Under the pieces are notes generated by a model. It searched no databases, was not told the DNA's origin, and saw only the letters and a list, made by a program, of their open reading frames with translations. Positions 28,126 through 35,507 of a stretch of 35,723 bases of DNA are shown here, piece by piece; position 1 is the first letter of the stretch, and every line of letters begins with the position of its first letter. The DNA is from a virus (Duplodnaviria; Caudoviricetes). The stretch is taken from the IMG/VR virus record IMGVR_UViG_3300033076_000903, positions 1 to 35,723 of that record. One strand, 5' to 3'. A program made the translations under genes and the position numbers.

Positions 28126-30533
28126 TGGCTTACATTGACCCCGTAATGGCAGGTGCCGCAGAAGATTTCTACGCTTTTGAAACAGAAGAAGAGCGTCGCA
28201 GGAGATTGGCTCGCGAAGCAGAAGCCAATATGCCTACCAAACAAACCATTACCTATGACAACAAAACAGGTGCTCAAAAGGTCAAGATAGAAGGATCAGC
28301 TACCAATTTAAGTCAGATGAATCCTGCCACTCCTACTGTCAGCGCACCAGTGGCACCAGAAGACATTTATGGTCGTATGATACAAGCAGAATCAGGAGGC
28401 CGTCAGTTTGGACCAACGGGTCAAGTGCTGACCAGTCCCAAAGGTGCCCTGGGCGTGGGCCAAATTATGCCCTCAACGGCTATGCAGCCTGGTTATGGTG
28501 TCACAAACATATTTGATCTGGCACAACAGCGTGGTATAGCAGTGCCCAGCAGAGACACCGCAGGCGCACAACAACTTTTGGCCAATGAACAATTAAATCG
28601 TGAGTTTGGACAAAATTACTACAATGCAATGAATCAGCGTTTTGGTCCCACAGGCGGTGTGGCTGCTTACAATGCAGGTCCAGGTCGCGTGGGGCAAAAT
28701 TTGCAGGCCAATGCTGGCCAACTCAACACAGCTCAACTGCCGCAAGAAACACAAGATTACATCCAGCGTGTGTTGGGCAAGATGCCTGGCTATGTGCCTG
28801 GACAACCCACAGGTCAAGCGGCCATTGCCCAAACACCAGCACAGCCAGCTCCAATGGCACCACAGGCACCCACAGCTTTGGCACAAGAACCTCCTGGCAC
28901 ACCTAGAGAAACAGCTCCTGTTGCTCCCAGCACCTTGGTGCAAGAACCTCCTGTGGCGCAACCTCCAATTATGATGGCAGGTGGCACCACAGCCACTGAT
29001 GTGCTACCCACAGCCACAGAACAAGCAGTGAGTCAACTCAATCCCTTGGCCAATCGCTTTTTACAAGTTCAAAATGATCCTGTGCAGTTGGCACAACTCA
29101 AACAGGACGCCACGGTTCCAGACAGCTACAAAATCTTGGCTGCCAAACAAAACTATGATCTACAGCGTCAAGATGTAGAACGACAGCGCGAACAAGAACG
29201 TTTGACCACAGACGAACGATACTTGGCCAAAGTGGCCAGTGCCAAACCTTCAGAAGAAGGTTCGTGGGGCAAGGCTATCCTGTTTGGCCTGCTTGGAATG
29301 CAAAATTCAGCTAAATCAGAACTAGACAAGTTGGGTGTGGGTGCCAAATGGGATACCTACAACATTGATGGCAAAGATTACCTGGTCAAAGTGCGTGCTG
29401 ATGGCTTGCCCATTGAAGGCATAGATCCTGAAACAGGCAAGGCCATACCAGCTACCATTTATCAACAAGTGGCTGGCGGCAAACGCGAACTAGACATAGT
29501 TGGTGGCACAGTGGTCAATGATCGTACAGGCGAAGTTGGCCGTGTGGTTACAGACAAGCGCACAGGACGTAGTTACGTGCAAACAGATCAAGGTCGTAAA
29601 GGATTAAGTGGATTCCGTCCACAAGCCAGCACAGGTAGCCTGGCAGATATGCGCACACGTGCCATACAAGACATCAATCTCAAACTGCAAGGCAAAGGCG
29701 TTGAAGAGCAAATGGCCATCTTGCGTGATTACAACAAGACCTTGGTTGGTCAAGGCTTTCCGCCTGTGCAACCTGGTGAAGTTGGTATTGTTGTGCCACA
29801 AATTGGTGGCGGAGCTCCTGCTCCTGTTGCGGGCGGTCAACCAACTGTTCCAACCGCACCCGCTCAACCACAAGGTCAGCCAGCTCCTCAAGCACAACCA
29901 CAGGGTCAACCTTCTGCAGTAGCACAAACAGGCGCACCTGTGGCTCCAGGTCAACCAAGGCCTACAATGAGCACACTTGAAGCACAAGCAGGCGCTCAAA
30001 AGAAAGAAGCTGAAATTGTGGCAGAAGATGTGGGCAAGGTTCGTGCCAATTTGGGTCAGATCCGCGAAAACGCAGATTATCTCACAACCAAAATTGATGA
30101 ATTAGTCAGCCATCCTGGATTCAAATACAATGTGGGTGTTGCTGATGTGCTTGGTGGCATTCCTGTTCCGTTTGGAGCAACTGTGGCTGGTCTCATTCCA
30201 GGCACAGAAACCAGCGATTGGAAGGCCAGATTTGAAGAAGTCAAAGGACAACAGTTTCTGCAAGGTATTCAACAACTCAAAGGCACTGGTGCTATCAGTG
30301 ACAGAGAAGGTGCGGCCGCTGAACGAGCCATCAGCCGTATGAGAGCCAGCCAAAGCGAGACAGAATTCAAAGAAGCGGCCAAGGATTTCCAAGACATTAT
30401 CAAGCGTGGTGTAGATCGTAGCCTACGCAAGGCTGGACAACAGCCAATTTATGGCACACCAATGGAAAGCGAAAGCAAGAAAGACAAAAACAAAGCTGAA
30501 CCTGGCACCAAAGACAATCCTATAAAGTTATAA
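28125..30533 (+). CDS. Internal virion protein with soluble lytic transglycosylase domain (802 aa)
   Basis: SLT motifs AESGG, SPKGALGVGQIMPSTA, AAYNAGPGRV and ETQDYIQRV at about 28360-28780. Confidence 0.88.
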   Translation: MAYIDPVMAGAAEDFYAFETEEERRRRLAREAEANMPTKQTITYDNKTGAQKVKIEGSATNLSQMNPATPTVSAPVAPEDIYGRMIQAESGGRQFGPTGQVLTSPKGALGVGQIMPSTAMQPGYGVTNIFDLAQQRGIAVPSRDTAGAQQLLANEQLNREFGQNYYNAMNQRFGPTGGVAAYNAGPGRVGQNLQANAGQLNTAQLPQETQDYIQRVLGKMPGYVPGQPTGQAAIAQTPAQPAPMAPQAPTALAQEPPGTPRETAPVAPSTLVQEPPVAQPPIMMAGGTTATDVLPTATEQAVSQLNPLANRFLQVQNDPVQLAQLKQDATVPDSYKILAAKQNYDLQRQDVERQREQERLTTDERYLAKVASAKPSEEGSWGKAILFGLLGMQNSAKSELDKLGVGAKWDTYNIDGKDYLVKVRADGLPIEGIDPETGKAIPATIYQQVAGGKRELDIVGGTVVNDRTGEVGRVVTDKRTGRSYVQTDQGRKGLSGFRPQASTGSLADMRTRAIQDINLKLQGKGVEEQMAILRDYNKTLVGQGFPPVQPGEVGIVVPQIGGGAPAPVAGGQPTVPTAPAQPQGQPAPQAQPQGQPSAVAQTGAPVAPGQPRPTMSTLEAQAGAQKKEAEIVAEDVGKVRANLGQIRENADYLTTKIDELVSHPGFKYNVGVADVLGGIPVPFGATVAGLIPGTETSDWKARFEEVKGQQFLQGIQQLKGTGAISDREGAAAERAISRMRASQSETEFKEAAKDFQDIIKRGVDRSLRKAGQQPIYGTPMESESKKDKNKAEPGTKDNPIKL

Positions 30534-30534
30534 T

Positions 30535-31365
30535 ATGCCATTTTACGAATATCAAGGCAAGACCTATGACATTGAAACCACGGACCCAGATGAGGCCCGT
30601 GCCAAAATACAGGCTTACCTTAATCGTCAACCCAGCGAACAAACGCCAGCAGAACGAACTCAAGATGTAGCTGCTGGTCAATTTGTGACTGGGGTAGCAC
30701 AGGAAATGATCACACCAGATATGGCCAGCCGTGCCATTGGATCAACAGCCAAAGGTGCTTACACTTTGGGCAGTTTGCCAGTGCGTGCCGCAGGTGACAT
30801 AGCCAACATTGCTCGCAACTTGTATGGTGTCACAGGAGCAGGATTCAAAGAAATGATTGAACATCCATATCTCACAGCCAAGGCCTATGCACAAGGCAGT
30901 CCTACCTTGGGCCCTGTTTACAACGCGGCTTCAAAATTAAGCAACCAAAGCATTGCCAGTTTGGTCAACCAAGCAGGTCAATATGGACAACAGGCCATAT
31001 CCAATGCCCCTGCCGTGGCCAAACAAGGTTTGATGACCTTGGGACGAGGCTTAGCGGCTGGAGCTATGGCACCAGAAAACGTCTTGCTGGCACCTTACAC
31101 AATGGCAGGCTATGAAATGGAACGGATACGTCAAAATCCCACAGCACCTGAATATGCAACCAATCCATATGCGCAGGTTGTACGTCAGGAAGCACCCACA
31201 ATGGGTGCGGCTGGCGCTGCCAATCGCAGATCAGCCATAGCAAATCAAACCTATGGTGGACTCACAGCTGAACAACAACAGATGCTGGAACAAGACAAGA
31301 TAGACCAAGCTATACGTAGAAAAGCAGCCAGCAAAGTGCTGGGACCAGTGATACCAGGACAATGA
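30535..31365 (+). CDS. Probable internal virion protein (276 aa, Ala-rich)
   Basis: Tightly packed in the ejection operon; MPFYEYQGKTYDI N-terminus. Confidence 0.65.
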   Translation: MPFYEYQGKTYDIETTDPDEARAKIQAYLNRQPSEQTPAERTQDVAAGQFVTGVAQEMITPDMASRAIGSTAKGAYTLGSLPVRAAGDIANIARNLYGVTGAGFKEMIEHPYLTAKAYAQGSPTLGPVYNAASKLSNQSIASLVNQAGQYGQQAISNAPAVAKQGLMTLGRGLAAGAMAPENVLLAPYTMAGYEMERIRQNPTAPEYATNPYAQVVRQEAPTMGAAGAANRRSAIANQTYGGLTAEQQQMLEQDKIDQAIRRKAASKVLGPVIPGQ

Positions 31366-31366
31366 T

Positions 31367-31798
31367 ATGACGACACAAGACCAACTTCAACAAGTATTTG
31401 CCAACAACTTTGTGGCCTATTATCGCAGTCACGTGGCACACGTAAACATACAAGGTCGCAATTTCTACAGCGATCACAAGTTACTAGGAAAAATCTATGA
31501 AGACTTATCTGGACAAATTGACACGCTTGCAGAACTACTGCGCACACTGGGTGAATTTATGCCTGCAAGCCTGGAGCAAGTTATGGGCACAAGCACAGTC
31601 ACCCTGGCAGAAATCACAGGCACCGCAGAAGACCTCCTTGAAGAAATCAAAAGGGACCTTGAAGAACTCAAAGGCGACTACGAAGAATTGATTGCTGTGG
31701 CAGATGCTGACGGGCACGTAGAAATCTCAAACTACGCACAAGACCGTGTGTTGACCTTGGCCAAATACATCTGGATGTTTGAGAGCACATTAGATTGA
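31367..31798 (+). CDS. dps: Dps / ferritin-like DNA-protection protein
   Basis: Dps ferroxidase pattern H.N..G..F...H...Y......D..AE (HVNIQGRNFYSDHKLLGKIYEDLSGQIDTLAE) and C-terminal K.IWM; 143 aa. Confidence 0.9.
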   Translation: MTTQDQLQQVFANNFVAYYRSHVAHVNIQGRNFYSDHKLLGKIYEDLSGQIDTLAELLRTLGEFMPASLEQVMGTSTVTLAEITGTAEDLLEEIKRDLEELKGDYEELIAVADADGHVEISNYAQDRVLTLAKYIWMFESTLD

Positions 31799-31895
31799 GG
31801 CATAACTTCCGTTGATGCTTACGGAGGTTCACATTCCTGATAGAAAGCCACAAAATATCAAGATTGGAAGCTGGCCTCGCGGTGGCTTGACCTGT

Positions 31896-32474
31896 TTATT
31901 TAAGCACGTCTACTCGTCCAGTTTCTGGATCTATTTTGATGTGATTTAGTCGCTTGTAGGCACAACTGCCACGCACAGTGTAGCCCGCACGTTGATGCAA
32001 TTTCATAAAGGGATCCTGGCTTTCACGTATGGTTGAACTGAATATGATGTTGACCTTGGCTGCTCTAGCCCACACTTCCCACATTTGCAACATCTGTGCC
32101 AACAAAGTGATTCTTTCTCTTTGACTCAAATCCAGACGGCAGTGTGCTATGCGTACTGTGGCCATTTCTTCTCTGCTCCAGGGCGCATATTGTCCACGAA
32201 TTACCCAGCTGTAGGCCAGGAGTACATCACCATCATAGGCCACACTCAACAGTTCGCTGACGGGGTTGTAGAATTGGTTGACCGTGGCCAACATCACGTT
32301 TTTGCCATATTCCAAGGGATCATTTTGGAAAAACTGGTCTGTTTCGCCACCAAAGCACACCAAGGCCAAGTCCACTATGTCCTGTGTGTCAGCGCCTGTG
32401 GGTGCTCGCCAACGCCAGCGATCCGTGACCTTGTGGCTGTAGGCTTCAAGGGGTAGTATTTGCTCTTCGTTCAT
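31896..32474 (-). CDS. GNAT-fold acetyltransferase-like protein (192 aa)
   Basis: WRAPT.AD..DIVDL start, central beta strands and C-terminal KLHQRAGY motif; CGGAGG SD. Confidence 0.6.
   Translation of the reverse strand: MNEEQILPLEAYSHKVTDRWRWRAPTGADTQDIVDLALVCFGGETDQFFQNDPLEYGKNVMLATVNQFYNPVSELLSVAYDGDVLLAYSWVIRGQYAPWSREEMATVRIAHCRLDLSQRERITLLAQMLQMWEVWARAAKVNIIFSSTIRESQDPFMKLHQRAGYTVRGSCAYKRLNHIKIDPETGRVDVLK
31897..31902 (-). promoter_or_regulatory. TAAATA site pointing into the structured convergent gap, antisense to dps
   Basis: Overlaps the Lys-stop of the GNAT-like gene, so it may be coincidental. Confidence 0.35.
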
Positions 32475-32757
32475 AAATGTCCTCCGCGACTAGTTTGAAA
32501 AATGTTTCTTCTGGATCCGCAACCTGTGCGGCCCTGTTTCTGGCAGTCCACACATAGTCTATCCATTCTGGGTGTTGCAAATGTATCCAAGTGGCCAAGG
32601 GGCTGTTGTCCTCAATGTGATACACGCACATCCTGTCCTGTTGACCTGGTGCTGTGTTGACCATAAAGTCTTGCACAAAATCACCACGCTGGCCTGTGAA
32701 ATGCTCACACAGCCTTTGAAATTCTACGCCATCACGAAAACTAATCATCACTTGCAA
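32446..32757 (-). CDS. Hypothetical protein (~100 aa; start uncertain)
   Basis: Fills the gap in the leftward operon and overlaps both neighbours. Confidence 0.7.
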   Translation of the reverse strand: MQVMISFRDGVEFQRLCEHFTGQRGDFVQDFMVNTAPGQQDRMCVYHIEDNSPLATWIHLQHPEWIDYVWTARNRAAQVADPEETFFKLVAEDIYERRANTTP

Positions 32758-33172
32758 GATTCAGCTCCTGTTGTCTACGGCGATAGCGTTTGCGCTTTTG
32801 TGCAATGCTGGACCAGCCTGCGGCCTTGGCGTGTCCCTGTGCCACAGCGTGTTCGCTACGGGTTATGACCTGCACATTGTCCAAGGTCCAGGGCAGGCTC
32901 CAGTCCTTGCGTGTCATACAGTATGATCCTTTGGTTCTGCCACGTGCTTCCCAATGTTGTTCCCACAACTTGCACCAAGCCGCAAAGTCTATGTCCCAGC
33001 CCTCATCACGCCACAAGGCCTGATTTCTTTGCTGTAGCCAGGTCAAATACTTTTTGTGCAACACAGGATCTGGACCTGTTTTCCAAATATGTGGTCTGGG
33101 CTTGCGTGTGTGCGGTCTGGGCACACCATAGCTGGCAATACGCCGCCCTTTGTTGGTATTATGATTGCCCAT
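32741..33172 (-). CDS. HNH-like (possibly degenerate) endonuclease-fold protein (143 aa)
   Basis: A..R...WDIDF..W ... CMTRKD...PW..DNVQVIT..EH resembles phage HNH variants of the R.D...Y...NV..I...N type. Confidence 0.55.
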   Translation of the reverse strand: MGNHNTNKGRRIASYGVPRPHTRKPRPHIWKTGPDPVLHKKYLTWLQQRNQALWRDEGWDIDFAAWCKLWEQHWEARGRTKGSYCMTRKDWSLPWTLDNVQVITRSEHAVAQGHAKAAGWSSIAQKRKRYRRRQQELNLASDD

Positions 33173-33539
33173 TGGGTATACTCACTCCGTTGAGATTGTT
33201 TATGACCTCACGCACGGCCATAGCGGCCTTCCAGGCCTTGATCTTGTAGGGACGGGTGTCCATTACTCGCTGACTCTTGGTGGCTTCGTTGGTCAACACA
33301 TCTCTGGCTTCAAATATGGCCTGCTTGTGGAACCGTTCAAATGCCTCTGGATACGCAGTCAAGATCTCTTCCATTGCGGAGATGATGTTGTCCCAGTCTT
33401 GGTTGTTGTAGTGATGGAAAAAGCGTTTCCATAGAGCGTGATTGTCACGCTCTATGGCCTTGCCCGTTTTTAATATAATGTCGTTGAGGTAATCAGCAAG
33501 TAGTTCAACTTCTCTGATACCACGCTCTATGTCTGCCAT
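33159..33539 (-). CDS. Hypothetical helical protein (126 aa)
   Basis: AAGGAG SD; follows the TAAATA at 33576-33571. Confidence 0.85.
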   Translation of the reverse strand: MADIERGIREVELLADYLNDIILKTGKAIERDNHALWKRFFHHYNNQDWDNIISAMEEILTAYPEAFERFHKQAIFEARDVLTNEATKSQRVMDTRPYKIKAWKAAMAVREVINNLNGVSIPNGQS

Positions 33540-33569
33540 TTTGGTTCTCCTTGTTTTCTGTCTTACTTT

Positions 33570-33767
33570 TTATTTATCATTGCTTGATGTTTTGCGTAAT
33601 TTTGGATGCCTGCGTTGTAGTTCCACACTGAACATAGTGGCCAAATAGGAGTCTAAATTCAATATACCCCAACGCAGATAACCATCTGGTATGTTTCGCA
33701 GGACCTTGCCTTTGTGTTTGCCAAAAGGCATCTTGGTCCAGGCATATTCATCATAGCGTTCGTTCAC
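33570..33767 (-). CDS. DUF3820 / QSregVF_b-like small protein (65 aa; start revised to GTG 33767)
   Basis: MPFGKHKGK.L..IP..YL.W signature; GTGA overlap with the upstream stop. Confidence 0.8.
   Translation of the reverse strand: MNERYDEYAWTKMPFGKHKGKVLRNIPDGYLRWGILNLDSYLATMFSVELQRRHPKLRKTSSNDK
33571..33576 (-). promoter_or_regulatory. TAAATA putative promoter (leftward)
   Basis: GATAAATA overlaps the upstream Lys-stop, followed by a 31-nt leader with SD. Confidence 0.45.
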
Positions 33768-34555
33768 GATCCAAACCTCTCTTGAATAATGGCACGCAGA
33801 TTGGGACTGTGTGCTCGTGGATTGGCAATGGAGCCCCACTGGCCAGCACTCAAATACAAGGGCTGTTGAGCCTGTGTCAGTGGATGATCTAACTTGATTG
33901 TATACTCTTCATCGTCCAAGAACAAGATCACTTGGCTCACACAGTCCGCCTGAATTCTGCCAATGACCAGCACATTGGGTATCCAAGCGGATCTTTGGCC
34001 ACGCAAGTGACAGCGACCCATCACAATGGTGTGGTCTTGATCTGCGTAGATCTGCTGTTTGGCTTGATCTAATATTTGAGCAAAAGCCGCAGTGTCATCC
34101 ATTCTGGCCTTGATTTCACGCAGGCGTTTGTATCGTTTGAGTTCTGCGGTCAGCAACAACAAGTGTCCGTGTTGAGCCATACCAGCAGTTTGTAGGCTTA
34201 TGGCCAATTTGACACCAGGGCGACTGGATTTGGCGTTGGGCACGCAGTGTTGCACAGCGATGCCTGTGTAGCGAGATGTAGTTCTCGCGGCGGTGATATC
34301 ACTACCAAAATCCTTTTGACCACTGTCAGGGGTTTCCAGTGGCGAAGCCACTGATGACAAGGGGCTTTGCTCATCTTTTTCATCTTCGCTTGGGCGAGAT
34401 GAATTGTTTAATTCTTTTATTGTTTTATTGTTTAATTCTTCTCGCGTGCGAGATTTAGTTCTCGCGTCAAGATCGTAGAGTAAACCAGGTCCTGCCTTGC
34501 GTTGTTTGAATTGTATTGCTCGCAGAATGTCTTCTGCTGTGATGTCTTGATTCAT
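33764..34555 (-). CDS. Hypothetical protein (263 aa) containing an origin-like repeat cluster; possible replication initiator
   Basis: GAAGGA SD; first gene of the leftward operon; ELNNKTIKELNN linker encoded by AT-rich repeats. The function is inferred only. Confidence 0.6.
   Translation of the reverse strand: MNQDITAEDILRAIQFKQRKAGPGLLYDLDARTKSRTREELNNKTIKELNNSSRPSEDEKDEQSPLSSVASPLETPDSGQKDFGSDITAARTTSRYTGIAVQHCVPNAKSSRPGVKLAISLQTAGMAQHGHLLLLTAELKRYKRLREIKARMDDTAAFAQILDQAKQQIYADQDHTIVMGRCHLRGQRSAWIPNVLVIGRIQADCVSQVILFLDDEEYTIKLDHPLTQAQQPLYLSAGQWGSIANPRAHSPNLRAIIQERFGS
34271..34466. repeat. Cluster of palindromes and direct repeats around an AT-rich tract (candidate origin)
   Basis: GCGAGATGTAGTTCTCGCG (34271-34289) and GCGAGATTTAGTTCTCGCG (34448-34466); ATTGTTTAATTCTT twice (34403-34416, 34427-34440); half-sites GCGAGA at 34394 and TCTCGC at 34440. 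Confidence 0.75.
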
Positions 34556-34615
34556 TTGGTATTCCTTCCATATAAAGTTTTACTACAGTGCCATTACATC
34601 CTTTTTTCTCTATCG

Positions 34616-34644
34616 TATTTATACTATACACGAAAAAGTGTCAA
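34616..34644 (-). promoter_or_regulatory. Leftward promoter: TTGACA-N17-TAAATA containing an exact TATAAATA
   Basis: TTGACA 34644-34639 and TATAAATA 34623-34616; directly downstream of a terminator. Confidence 0.75.
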
Positions 34645-34646
34645 AG

Positions 34647-34673
34647 AAAAAGCCCAGGCGAACCTGGGCTTTT
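34647..34673 (-). terminator. Rho-independent terminator (potentially bidirectional)
   Basis: AAAAGCCCAGG-TTCG-CCTGGGCTTTTT on the minus strand, UUCG loop. Confidence 0.9.
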
Positions 34674-34810
34674 GTGGGGCGATTAAATTGGAGACTTAAA
34701 GGCCTTTGGGTGTTGGGGACTATGGAGAAAAAAAGGATTATCAAATGGCATTATGATAACGGAAGGATGGCCTAATTGTTTATAGGCCCAACGAGCCACG
34801 ATCCCCAACG
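34647..34810 (-). ncRNA. Candidate ~165-nt structured non-coding RNA
   Basis: Bounded by TAAATA (34820-34815) and a terminator; closing stem 34809-34801/34720-34712; hairpins at 34788-34769 and 34759-34738. Confidence 0.55.
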
Positions 34811-34814
34811 CAAG

Positions 34815-34820
34815 TATTTA
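34815..34820 (-). promoter_or_regulatory. TAAATA putative promoter of the candidate ncRNA
   Basis: ACTAAATA overlaps the upstream stop; the RNA stem begins 5 nt later. Confidence 0.55.
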
Positions 34821-35102
34821 GTTGTCCGTGCTAAAGTAGTAGAATTGTGGGGCGATTTCGCCTCTAAGGCCACGCAGGCAAGTCAGCAACAAAGCTCTAC
34901 TGTACCAGGCATCATCCACGGGTGTGCGTTCCAAGGCCCGCCAGGTCAGACCTGTTTCCCATTCTGCCAGAATCTCCGCCAGGTCAGACTCTGGTGTGTC
35001 TGCTATGATTTCCTCAGCACTTTCCAAGATGATGGCCAGTTCTTGAGCACACACAAAACGGTGTGGCACAGGACCAACGTGTTGTAAATTTACGACAACC
35101 AT
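34818..35102 (-). CDS. Hypothetical acidic protein (94 aa; start revised from 35135)
   Basis: ATG at 35102 lies 5 nt after TAAATA (35113-35108). Confidence 0.7.
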   Translation of the reverse strand: MVVVNLQHVGPVPHRFVCAQELAIILESAEEIIADTPESDLAEILAEWETGLTWRALERTPVDDAWYSRALLLTCLRGLRGEIAPQFYYFSTDN

Positions 35103-35107
35103 ATGGG

Positions 35108-35113
35108 TATTTA
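35108..35113 (-). promoter_or_regulatory. TAAATA putative promoter, leaderless (leftward)
   Basis: GTAAATA-CCCAT-ATG. Confidence 0.65.
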
Positions 35114-35117
35114 CTGG

Positions 35118-35146
35118 TTGACCAACAACACACAATCACATACAAT
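35118..35146 (+). promoter_or_regulatory. Host sigma70-type promoter TTGACC-N17-TACAAT, leaderless
   Basis: Both hexamers match consensus at 5/6 with 17-nt spacing; ATG 7 nt downstream at 35154. Confidence 0.8.
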
Positions 35147-35153
35147 ACTTAAT

Positions 35154-35507
35154 ATGCGTATATTACTTGCGTGTTTGCTCCTTGCTGTTGTGGTCCCCAC
35201 CCTGGCTCAAGTACCAGAGTCAGTGGTGGCCCAGACCACTTGGCCCACGACCAAAAGGATAGCCCTGTTGCGTGAACCCTGTGGCTGGCCTGGTGGTGCA
35301 CTTAGAGCACAAGAAATCACGGCCACACGACAAGTACGCTGGGGTTGCTGGGGCTACAATGAAACAGGTGTACAAGTACAGTGGAGCTCAGGACGCACAG
35401 ATCACATAGACTTTTTGGAACTTTGGATACCACAAGATGGTGTGTGGAGCCAAATGGGCTATCAACGACTGCACCAACGAGTGCATCAACTGAAAGGACT
35501 GCCGTGA
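35154..35507 (+). CDS. Secreted/periplasmic protein with signal peptide (117 aa; start revised from 35103)
   Basis: MRILLACLLLAVVVPTLA|Q looks like a Sec signal peptide; the mature part has two Cys (EPC, WGCW). Confidence 0.8.
   Translation: MRILLACLLLAVVVPTLAQVPESVVAQTTWPTTKRIALLREPCGWPGGALRAQEITATRQVRWGCWGYNETGVQVQWSSGRTDHIDFLELWIPQDGVWSQMGYQRLHQRVHQLKGLP

Noticed and set aside
28360-28780. Lytic transglycosylase domain as the lysis endolysin
   Set aside because: It is fused within an 802-aa internal virion protein, which fits a role in entry; no adjacent holin or spanin was seen.
31837-31890. CTGATAGAAA plus stems as a hammerhead ribozyme
   Set aside because: The core does not match CUGANGA...GAAA with three correctly placed stems.
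34680-34810. Multi-stem region as a tRNA
   Set aside because: No T-loop (GTTCRA) or D-loop consensus, and the arm sizes do not fit a cloverleaf.
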